Source: Fonticula alba ATCC 38817
Lineage: Eukaryota; Protista; Nucleariida
DNA length: 64,000 nt
Assembly (NCBI GenBank): GCA_000388065.2
Contig: KB932208.1
Strand: one strand, 5' to 3'
Position numbers and translations under genes: made by a program. This document shows, one piece after another, positions 1 through 10,825 of this stretch; the first letter of the stretch is position 1; every line of letters begins with the position of its first letter. The notes beneath the pieces were generated by a model. That model searched no databases. It saw nothing but the letters and a program-made list of their open reading frames with translations, and was not told the DNA's origin.

Positions 1-153
1 CCCCCCCCCCCTGTCCTGTCCCCCTTCTTTTCTTCGCGGGCTTGCCAGCTGTGCTTGGTGCCCCTTCTTGACATGGCCAGTTGCTGACTTGCTCCGGGTG
101 CGATCGCGGCGGCCGATGACTGCTGGGCCTTTTCTCGACGCGGCCGCCCGCAG

Positions 154-1394
154 TCGGTGGTTCTGGCGCCCGACGTGTTCAACATCGAGGGCAAGACCAT
201 CACCTTCTTGGATGGTCGGTCAATCATTGCCGATGACATCATTCTGGCCACCGGGTACCAGGTATGTCCTGCCCCCGTCGATGCACCTTGTGTCCGGGCC
301 GAGGGACGGGGACCCGGGAGGAGGCGGGGCTCCCCATTTCAGGGCAGAAGGGCGGGACAGGTGGGGAGGGGGGGGGGGCGGGGTTCCCCCGGCACGCAGG
401 TCCCTTTTCTGTGGGCTCCCTTCTGATGCTGCCCATCCGGCATAGATCGCCTTCCCCTTCATCGATGCCGAGGATCCGGCCCTGGCCGACCTGCGGGTGG
501 AGAAAAACCGCCCGAAGAACCTCTACAAGTTTGTCTTCCCCATTGATCGGCCCCACTCGACGCTGGCGTTCATCGGCCTGATCCAGCCCTTCGGCGCCAT
601 CATGCCGGTCAGCGAGATCCAGGCCCGCTGGGTGGCCGGTGTCCTGCGCGGCGCGCTGAAGCTGCCGAGCGTCGTGGAGATGCGCCGCCAGACAGACGCC
701 GAGCTGAAGGCCATGGACCAGCTGTTCTACGAGTCCGACCGTCACACCATCCAGATTCCGTATCCCGCCTACACGGATGAGATCGCCTCGATGATTGGCT
801 GCATGCCGCCGATTGGCTCGCTGCTGCTGAAGGATCCCACGGTGCGTGTGCTCCTTCTGAGCGGGGCTTTACCCACCCGAGGGGGGGGGGGGTTGCGAGG
901 GACCGCTCATCGCTCCGACACACAGGAGCCTGCGGGTGAAAGTGAAAGTGAATGGGAATGAGAATGATGTGTGCATGTGTGTGCACACCCCCCTTCCGCC
1001 ATGCATCCTTTCACTGACTTTGTGTGTCCACGCCCATGGCGCATTTCCCGCGATGCCGTGTCACGGGAGACAGCTCTTCTTCCACCTGGTCTTCAAGGGC
1101 AGTGTCCCGTATGCCTATCGGCTGGTGGGCCCGGATGCCTGGAAGGGCGCCCGCGCCGCCATCACCCAAGCCGGCCAGCGGATGCTGCCGGTGCACATGC
1201 GCCTCACCCGGGACACCATGGCCACCGAGATGCAACGCCTGGTCGATGAGACAGGATCCGCGGTTACCCGGCAGATCTCCAGCATTCTCACCCTGCTGGC
1301 GCTGGTTGCCGGGGTCCTCTTCACATTCTATCGGTTCGGCTTCCTGACCGGCTGTGCGGCGGCTCTCCTTTGCGCGTATGGGCTCACGGTCTAG
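154..1394 (+). CDS. FMO: Flavin-containing monooxygenase (FMO5-like), 3' part; exons 154-261, 446-841, 1074-1394; N-terminus lies upstream of the window
   Basis: Spliced frame gives IILATGY (FATGY-like motif), LYKFVFP..LAFIGLIQPFGAIMPVSEIQARW and PYAYRLVGPDAWKGARAAI, all typical of FMO C-terminal halves. The C-terminus is hydrophobic. Splice sites are GT..AG in matching phase. Confidence 0.9.
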
Positions 1395-1815
1395 TTTCGA
1401 TGTGTCGCCCTTGCCCTCTCCCCCCCCCCCCCCCCACCACCAGCATCGCCATCCTCTTTTACTTCCCCCTCAGCCAGCGGCGCGACATGTACTCGGCGCC
1501 ATTTGCCTCTCCTCCCCCAACAGAACCCCCTTTCCAAGAGCAAGGTGCAGGGGGGAGAGGAAAAAAAGGCAGAAGGAGCCCATGGGCACCACACGCTTGC
1601 CGGGGCCAGGGAAAAGTCTATAATGTATTGGGGGGGGGGGAGTGGGGGGGAGTGCCACAGGGGAGGGAGCGAAGGGAAGAGCAAATGCCACCAGTGAAGG
1701 CGGGGGAAAGAAAGGTACCTTCACGGAGAAACACCCAACAGGGCCGGGGAGGGCAGGAGGCAAAGCAAGCGACAAGAGGCAAGGAGACCAGGGGGAGGGG
1801 GAGGGCGCAAGATAC

Positions 1816-3343
1816 CTACTCCTGGTCCTCCTCGCCGGTGGCAGACGACGACCGGGCGGCGACACGGCGGCGACGGGCGCGGCCACGCACCGGGGCACCC
1901 TCGTCATCTTCCTCGTCGTACACCGTCGGGAAGATGTCCTCCTGGAAGCGACGCGCGCTCGGCCGCGGCGGGGGGTCCGGACGCCACTCGTCGGCGGCCT
2001 CCAAATCCGACAGAGACTCCGTGGAAACCCGGAGCCCAGCGTCGCCGAACTTCTCCGCGTACATGGCATCGAAGGCCGGGTCGTACTCGGTGGCGGCCGG
2101 GCCGCCGAGGGCGGCGCGCTTCTGCCGGGTGATCTCCTGCGCCATGTGCAGGCGTCGCATGATGTCCTCCTCATCGTCGGACCCCGGGGGCTGGGCATTG
2201 TCATCGCCGCTGCCCTCGTGGTCGCTGTCGCTGTCAGAGGGCACGCGCCTCTCATCGGCGCTGGCCACACGCATGGACGCCAGGTAGGCGCGCTCCATCT
2301 CCTTGGACATGGGGAAGACCTCGTTGATGAGGGTCTCCGCTTCGCGCATCTCGGCCGCCTCGGCCTCGCTGACATACGACCGGCGGGCACCATCCTCATG
2401 CAGCAGGGCATCCAGCTCCGACGAGAACCGGTGCTCCTCGGCGCGTTCGATTTCGGCCGCCGACCGGACCCGCACACGGGCCCCCTTGTCGGCCCGGGCG
2501 CCCGGGCGACGCCCGGCCTCCTGCAACTCGCGAATCGACTCGCGCAGCTTGTCCAAGCTGGCCGGGGCACCGGTCGACAGGATGGCCTCGGCATCGGCCA
2601 CACTGCGCAGGTGGCGCTCATACTCGGCCTTCTCCTTGACATAGCGCCGGCGGATTTCATGGTACCGCGGGTGGTCCGGGGTGATGAGACGCCCATCGGC
2701 CATCCGGAAGACATCGGAGCGCATCTTACTGCGGATGCGCTGCTCGCGCTGCTCCTCCTTCAGCTGGTAGGCCTTCATGGCCGACTGGAAGATCTCCGGC
2801 ATGGTGGGACCCAGCAGGATCTCCGACAGGACGTTGATCTGGTCCTGCACGGCCGTCAGGCTGGTGTCGCCAGTCGGGCGCCCACGGCGGAACTGCTCCT
2901 CATCCTCGGCATGCAGCTCCACCAGATGGCGCAGGTAGCCCACGAGCGCCGCCTTCCGGTGGGCCTCCACCTCCTCGGCCGACCGGCACACACGAGCGGC
3001 GATCTTGCTGGCCACATACTTCTCCAGCAGCCGGTCCACATAGGCACGGTACTCGGCCCGCGGGTCGCCGGTCAACATGGGCGACACGGTGCCCTGGAAG
3101 AAGTCCGACTTGCGGCCGGCCGCCTCGATGAAGTCCATCTGGTCCCCATCGAAGTCATCAATCAGCTCATCCACGCCGAAGGAGTCCAGGAAGGAATTGG
3201 CATCGGACAGGATCTTGGCACTGGCGTCGTAGATGATGTGGAGCGACGGGACATACTTCATCTGAACATGGTCACCGATGACATACTGCAGCTTGGGGAT
3301 CATCAGCTCGATGCGGGCCTGCATGGCTGCGATGACACCGGGC

Positions 3344-3379
<36 letters not shown>

Positions 3380-6300
3380 CGTGCCGATGGGCGGAGTGCA
3401 GAGTGTGTGTGGAGGGGAGGGAGACAAGGGCGGCAAGAACGGCCGGGAGAGGGAAGGAGAGGAGACCCTGTTAGACACCAAAAGTGCGATCATCCGCCCA
3501 CCACGGACATTGCCGGTCGTGAGGCGAGATATAAAGAACAGCAGTAGCAACAGCGGCCGCCGCAGCAGCGGCAATAATCAGCGGAAAAGAGGCCAGCAAA
3601 GAGCTCCAGAGGACGCACCAGATTCTCGACCTTCGCCGGATTGAGGGACCGATCGGCCTGCAGCAGAGCCAAGCCCAAGACATCGTGGGGCTTGGTGTCA
3701 TACCAGTGAATAAAGGCATTCGACCCATCCGAGGACATCTCCACATGGCGGATGCCCACATTGCCGGTCAGGGGCGGCATCTGGTTCTCCGTGCTGGAAG
3801 ACAGGACCTCATTGAGGGAGTCGCGAATGACCACGCCCAGACGTCGGACATGGTTGGGCACATTGGACCGGGAGTTGAAGGCGCGGCTCTGCGAGGCCGA
3901 CTGGCCGATGCTCGACTCGATCTTGTTGATCCGAAGGTTCATGTTGATGCCCTTGGTCTGCGGCGCGGCGGCGATCGGGTGACGGGTGGGAAGTGTGCGC
4001 GGATGGGCCACCACGCAAGAGGCAAGTCAGTGAAAAGGGAACCGGGAGGAAGGCTTATCAAGGGACAGCCCCAGTCATCAGGGGGGAGAGAGAGAGAGAG
4101 AGGGAGAGAGAGAGAGGGAGAGAGAGAGAGAGNNNNNNNNNNNNNNNNNNNNNNNNNNNNNNNNNNNNNNNNNNNNNNNNNNNNNNNNNNNNNNNNNNNN
4201 NNNNNNNNNNNNNNNNNNNNNNNNNNNNNNNNNNNNNNNNNNNNNNNNNNNNNNNNNNNNNNNNNNNNNNNNNNNNNNNNNNNNNNNNNNNNNNNNNNNN
4301 NNNNNNNNNNNNNNNNNNNNNNNNNNNNNNNNNNNNNNNNNNNNNNNNNNNNNNNNNNNNNNNNNNNNNNNNNNNNNNNNNNNNNNNNNNNNNNNNNNNN
4401 NNNNNNNNNNNNNNNNNNNNNNNNNNNNNNNNNNAGAAAGAGAGAAAAAGAAGCAGACAACGCACAGCCACCAAATCCGACACCGCCAAAGGCAGGTGAG
4501 AGGAAACCGATTCACGGAGCGAGCCCATGACAAACTGCTTGCCAAGCGAGGCACTGGACAGCAGAGCCTCCGGCGAGGGAAGCCCCGACTTGTGGCCATC
4601 ATCCGCAACCAGAGCCACACCGCCGCGGGCAGCGCCGGTACCCGGAGGAGACCCGGCCGACTGGGCGGACTTCTCGGAAAGCGCCTTCTTCACGAGCTCC
4701 GGATCATGCAGAGACGCCCGGGCATCCTCCTTGGAAGGGGCCTTGCCCGGGGAGGACATCAACAGCGCTGTGCCCTCATTCTGGGACTGGCTCGAGGGAT
4801 CGGCCGAGTCGGCAAACATGTTGCTGAAGAAGCCGCCGGCCGGCTGGCCCATGGTGTTGGCCCCGGGCAGGGCGTGTGGCCCGGTGGCCACGCGAGTCTG
4901 CTCGCCGAGCAGGGCCCCGGTGGCCGGGTCGGCCAGCAGGGAGTCCACCCGCTCGCCGGTGGCCGCGCGCAGGGCTCGCTCCAGCGGGGTCTGAGACAGA
5001 TCCACCGGCGAGGCGGCATTCTTCACGGCGGCCACCTCGCGCAGGCGTTCATACGAGGCCAGGGTGCCGGGCTTCTGCAAATGACCCGGCAGCCACTGGG
5101 CACGCACCGCTTCGGTGATGTTGCTCGGGGGCGGGCTGCCGTCCGCCGCTCGGGCCAGGGCCTGGCGCGCCCGGAGGACGCCGATCGATCCGGCCGACGG
5201 GGCATGCTGCCAGTCATCCGAGTCCGTGGGGGCCGTGTCGAACATGGCCTCACCGGGGAACCCGGACTCGGCATCGGCCGCGGCCTGGGCAGCGGCTGCG
5301 GCAGCCGCGGCGGCCGCCTGGCGAGCGGCCGCCTTGCGTGACAGCGGCACCCGGACCGGCCCCGGACCGGCGGACTCATCGGCCGAGTCGTCCGACTCCA
5401 GGTTCAGATCGCCAAGCGAGTCGTCCAGGAACTGGGCAATGTCGAAGGACCCGTCCACCTGCTGGCCGAAGGAGAATTGCTTGGCGATGTCGGCCGCGAA
5501 AACCAACCGATCCAGGAAGGCCAGCGTCTCCGGGGCCATGGAGTCCCGGACGTCAGCCAGCTCATCGGCCAGCTCCTCGATGGTGGTCACCAGGGACATG
5601 GTCTGCTCCAGGCGCGTGACCTGATCGAGGGAAGTCCCAATGCGGGCCTCCTGGCGCTCGGCCTCCGGCAGGGCCAGCTCCTCCGGCGAGTCGATGTCCG
5701 GCAGGCTCCCCAAGTGCGCCAGGGTGGCGTCATAGTGCGGGGAGTTGAACCGGCGGCTGAACTCCGAGTAGGGCATCGTCGTGATGCGGGTCGACTCCGC
5801 CAGCGGGGTGGGATTCAGCTGGATCCGAGCCGCCGGCTCGGTGTAGGCATCCGGCCCGGGACGAGGCACATGCAGCGTCGGCCGAGCCAGGTAACTGCTG
5901 GTGGCGCTGGCCCGGTGCCCGTGCCGGAGGGAATTCAACACCTCCGGCGGGGGAAGCACCAGCGTCCCGGCCTCCACCTGGTCCTGGATGAGCTGGGTCG
6001 GGTAATTCTGCAAAGTGGCACTGGCGTGGCGGACAATGTTCCGGGCAAAGCGCGACACCTGGTGATGCTGGGCCAGGGCCGGCAGATGCTCCTCCAGCTG
6101 GTTCAGCTTCTCATTGATGGCCAACAGCCGGCGGTGGATTTCGACCTGCTGCTCGAGCTCCTGGTCGGCACTGGTGATCAGCGCCTCGCCGAGGGCCTCC
6201 GCATTCAGGGCATCGGCCTTTTGCTCATGGAGATCGGGATTGCGCAGGGTCTTCAACATTTCCATGCCGTCCTCCAGGAAGTGCGGCAAAATGGTGGCCG

Positions 6301-8158
6301 CCTGCTCCGGAGACCGGGTCAGCAGGTCGATGTCCTTCAGGTCGGCCAGATGCTGCTTCCCCTCGGGCAGCCGGCGCCGCAGGGACTGCGTGATCTTGCG
6401 CGTGTTCTCCTCCTCCTTGTCCTGCTGGCGATTGAAGGTTTCGGCCTGCACCACCTGGTCCTCGATGTGGTGCCGCAGGAGGGTCTTCTGCTGGGCTTGT
6501 TGAATTTGCTGGAGAATGGCCGCACGGCGCTCGGCATCGGCCGGCGGAAGGACCGCCATGGTGGCGGCCGGGTCGAAGCCCGACCCCGGCCCCGGCGGGT
6601 CCTCCCACATGCCGGCCGAGCCCCAGGCCCCGGCATCCTGCATCGGGGTGAGGGTCCGGTCGCCCGGGCCGGCGGGCCCATTGTCGTCGTCGTCGTCGTC
6701 GGTGGCGCCGGCCGCCGCGGCCGACCCGCCGAGGGTGAAGGAATGCGCCGGCCCGGTGGCATTAAACCCATCCACCTCGGCCGACCGGGGGTCCAGCAGC
6801 ATGGCTTGGTTCATCAGACGCTGGGAATTGAAGGTGGCCCGACTGTCGGAATCCTCGCCGGGGTCCTCGTCCCCCTCGTAGAGGGAGGCCATGCTGGGCG
6901 GGGAGGCCCAGCTTTCGGCACGGCGAGCAGCCCGCTCGGCACGCAAGCGCTCCATCTCCACGGCCCGGAGGGGAGATCGCTCGGGCATATCCTGCTGCTG
7001 AGCCAGGGAGTGGGACAGCTCCTCCGCCACTTGGTGGAAGGTTTCCACCTTCTTCAAGTGGGTCCAAATGTAATTGGCATCGGCGATCTCCTTGTCCGTG
7101 TAGAGGCGTTCCCCGGGCAGGTGGATCTTCATGGCCTCCGGGCTGTCGAGGTCCTGCTTGGTGTAGAGGCGCGAACTGGCCACCCGCATGGTCTCATACA
7201 TCTCGGCGTCGCTGTGATCCGAGTCGTGCATGGGATCGACAATGCCACCGGCGCGCAGGTATTCCAACTTCCGGCGCTTGTACTCCAGCTTGTCGCGTTC
7301 CCACTCCTGCTCCAGCTGCTTGGTCGAGACCCCGGACTTGGCTTCGGCCATTTGCAGCAGGGTGCGCATGCTTTCCGGAGCCTCCGGCGCATGTTCCTGC
7401 AGGTTTTGAAGGAAGCGCTCGGGGGTGGGCCGGTCGCGCTCCTGCGCCTCCAGCATGCGGGTGACAATTTCCTCCTCCGACAGGATGGGCCCGGTGAGGC
7501 TGCCACCGGCCTTCAGCTGGATGTGCATCTTCTCCAGGGCCTGATCCGGGTTGGGAAGCTGGCCGAAGAGGGCCCGCGCCATGAGGCGGTCGCCCTCCTG
7601 CTCCAGCTGCTCCGGGTCCGCCGGACTGTCGGCCGGCTTGGTATCCAGGCGGGATTGGTCCATCAAGTTTTGCAGGTAGTCCAATCGGGGCCGGCGGTTG
7701 AGGCGCTCCAGCTCCGACAGGGAGATCTGCTCCTCCGGCGTGACGGACATGAAGTGCAGGTCGGCATTGGCCTGGGCCCGGCGCAGGCGATCCACCTCCG
7801 GGTCGCCGGTCAGGGGGATGCTATCGAGGATTTCCCGCCGGGTTTGGTTCAATGAGGGGCCCCGGGTGGCGGCATACTCCTTCATCAGGTGCTGGATGTC
7901 CGCGTCGTCCAGGCGATCGTCCAGTTCGTTTTCGGCCGCGGCGCGCGCCGCGCGAGAGCCACCCCGGCCGCGGCTTTTCCGCCGGGGCCCACCCTCCGAG
8001 GAGGTGCTATAGGTCCGCCTCGGGAGCGAGGCGGTGCTTTCCGAGTCATCGCCACTGTCGGAGAAGAAGGCCGACAGAGTGGGGGATACCCGGTAGTGAA
8101 CTACGGGTGCACGAAGCCCGACCGTGGCCACCTGAGAGGCGAAGCGCAGGAGACTCAT
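1816..8158 (-). CDS. Giant (~1,852 aa) protein with a mitochondrial-presequence-like N-terminus and an RbfA-like domain; exons 8158-4466, 3957-3619, 3342-1816
   Basis: A 1,231-codon open exon ends at a GTGCGT donor (4465). CAG acceptors at 3958 and 3343 join in phase 0. The joined segment VRRLGVVIRDSLNEVL..VGIRHVEMSSDGSNAFIHW..IPKLQYVIGDHVQMKYVPSLHIIYD matches the RbfA KH-like pattern. An N-gap (4133-4434) lies in intron 1, so the exon1-exon2 join is inferred. Confidence 0.7.
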
Positions 8159-10485
8159 GGTTTTCTGTGGTCGACGGGATGTCGGCGAGGGCCATGGTCG
8201 ATGTCAGGGGGAGGTGGGAGGGAGAGGCGGGGGGGGGGGGGGGGGGGGGGGGCTGGCGCGGGGACCGGAAGACCAGAGAGAAAGAGAGAGAGTCCTGCCG
8301 TGGGGCGGCGGCGTGGATGTCGCCAGTCTGCCCTGCTGGTGTCTCGTGCAGCGCACACAGTAGGCTCTAGTAATAGGGGAAGCCCGCGCCCCTCCGGGCG
8401 GAAACCCCTGGGGGAGGGGGGGGGGGGGATGGAGGGAGCAGGAAACAGGAGAGGGAGCAGGAGAAGCGGGAGAGGGCGCACAAGTGCAGCTGAGAGCTCG
8501 ACGAAGGGAGATACCGGGGGCTATTCAACCGAGGCCCCGAGGGGGGAGGGGGGGGTGTTCTCGTGGAAGGCGGGGGGGGGAGGCGACAGGCGAGTGTTCG
8601 GAGGGAAAGGGGCAATGAGGCGGAGACGAGAGAGTGGGAAGGGGGGGATGAGAAGGGGAGAGGGAGAGGGAGGGGGGAGGTGGTGCCGAGGCTCGGGTGG
8701 AGAGGAGCCATCGATCCACAGCACCTCTTGAGCTGGACTCGAATATTCTGATGGCAGCAATCTCGCATGTGCCTGCGCTGGCGCTCGCCCCGCCAGTTCT
8801 GAGGCCATGCAAGCTGGGCCGAGGGAGCGGGGGGGGGGACGGGGGAGGGGGGGCGAGACACAAAGAATGGGATACAGGGACAGCAAGAGACAGGGAGGTG
8901 GGGAAGAGCGAGAGCGACGGCAAGAGCGAAACAAGTGACGAGGAGGACAGAGAGACACCCAAGACTGGCCACGTGTGCCCGTGCGAACGAACGGGCCCAT
9001 GCCCGCGCGGGCTCCGCGGGCGATCGGGCAGATTGGGACAGCCAGGAGGGTGCGTGGCCAAGACCGGCCAATGGCGGAGGAGAGCACACATGCGACCGGC
9101 GTCGAGCCAAGGGCGGGGGGGGGGGGCCCTGCCCGGGCGCGGGGGCAGGAGGGCGCGCGCGGCGGGCACCGGCCAGGGGCGCCCTTCTGGAGGATTTGTG
9201 TTGTTCTGGTATTCCAGCCCTCGGGCACATGATCCCGGGAGTTTAGGATCTAGAGGCGTGCCGCCAGTGTCCCCGGTGGCCCGCGCTTGGGTGGTCGAGT
9301 TCATGAGGGCCTAGCGCCTGGGGGGGCGGCGGGCGCGGCGCCCAGGCCGGAGCGGCGTAGGCATGGGCCCTGTCCGGTGCGGTAATGTGGAGGATCCACA
9401 CACTTGCGCAACTGCTAGATGCCCGGAGCCTATTTCACATTGCTCGAGGCCCCCCGCCCGTTGTGGGGACCCGGCGCCCGGGGACTCTCGGGGCCGGGGG
9501 GAGCCCCCGGGAGGGGGGGGTGGGTGGAGCAGCGAGGGATATAACCCGGGCCGGTTGTGGCGGCCCTCTGCGCCACACTTGAGTCTCCCTCGGCGCCGGG
9601 AGCGCGGTTTGCATGCCCAACCGGCGGAGGAAACGCGCGCAGGCGCGCTTTTCATGTGCTTGGCCAGAACCCCTCGGCCCCAGGGTGCGGGCACTGCGGG
9701 GGGGGGGGGGGGGAGGGCGGATTAACACGCGTAGCGTGGGCGAAGTGGCCGAGGGCCGGGGGGGCGGGGCCCGGGCGCGGCAGGGCATGTGGGCGCCCCA
9801 TGGTGCGCGGGTCTCGCGGGGCCCGGGCGCGGCAGCGCGGGCCGTGTGCGTCTGTCGGGAGGGGGCGGAGGATGCCGGCGCATGCATGCCGGGCGACCTC
9901 AATCTGGCCCACAGGCGCGCCAGTGGGCGAGGCGCCGCGGGCCGGACCCCGGGGAAAGGCCGTCCCGGGCTGTTGCGCCCCCCGCCCCCCTCCGGGCGNN
10001 NNNNNNNNCTGGCCCACAGGCGCGCCAGTGGGCGAGGCGCCGCGGGCCGGACCCCGGGGAAAGGCCGTCCCGGGCTGTTGCGCCCCCCGCCCCCCTCCGG
10101 GCGCTATCCTCTCGGGGAGGGGGACGGCAAGGGGGGGTCCACCTTTTCGGGATCTGGCCTCACGGCCGGGCCTGAGGGGCCCCACCCCTCCCCTCCTTCC
10201 CCCTCCCCCTCCCCTTCTTTCCAGAAACTGGCACCACTTGCCTGCGTATGTGGCGCTATTTCACCCGCTCTCTCTCTCTCTCTCTCTCTCTTCCGCCTCC
10301 CGAACCGTCCCCGCCTGCCTTTCTCGTTCTCTCCCTTTCTGTCCTCTCATCCCCGCGCGACACATCCTCCCCCTGCTCGGGCGCACGCGCGACCAATTCC
10401 ACCCCTCACGCCCCGGCTAACTTCCTGCCCCTCGCCCGCTCCTCGATGACACTGCTCCATCTCCACCAGACGGGGAAACGCAACC

Positions 10486-10792
10486 ATGTCCGCTGAAGTC
10501 GTCCCCGTACGCGCTCTGACATCGCCCTTCCCCCCTCCATTGTCTTTGCGCTCGAGCCCCTCCAAACCCGCCTTGCCCCCCCCCCCCCCCCCCCCCGGGG
10601 GGGGGGGGGGGGGCGGTTTCCCGCCGGGGCCCGCCTCCCCCCCGGGGGGCAACCCCGCGGCGGGGCGCGGCCCTCTTTTCGGCGCCCCGGGCCCCCCCCC
10701 CCCCCCCCCCTCCCCCCCCCCCGCCCGGCCCGACCCGCCCCCCCCGGGCGGGCCACGGGGCGCGGGGGTGGTTTTTTCTCCCTTCGTCTGCG

Positions 10793-10825
<33 letters not shown>

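Noticed and set aside
5477-7855. 792-aa + strand ORF, and similar long antisense ORFs such as 1642-3474, 12030-13364 and 39761-40681
   Set aside because: They are codon-aligned antisense shadows of real GC3-rich genes, with no recognisable motifs.
9904-10103. Apparent ~95-bp direct tandem duplication
   Set aside because: The two copies flank a 10-N placeholder gap, which is typical of unmerged overlapping contig ends.
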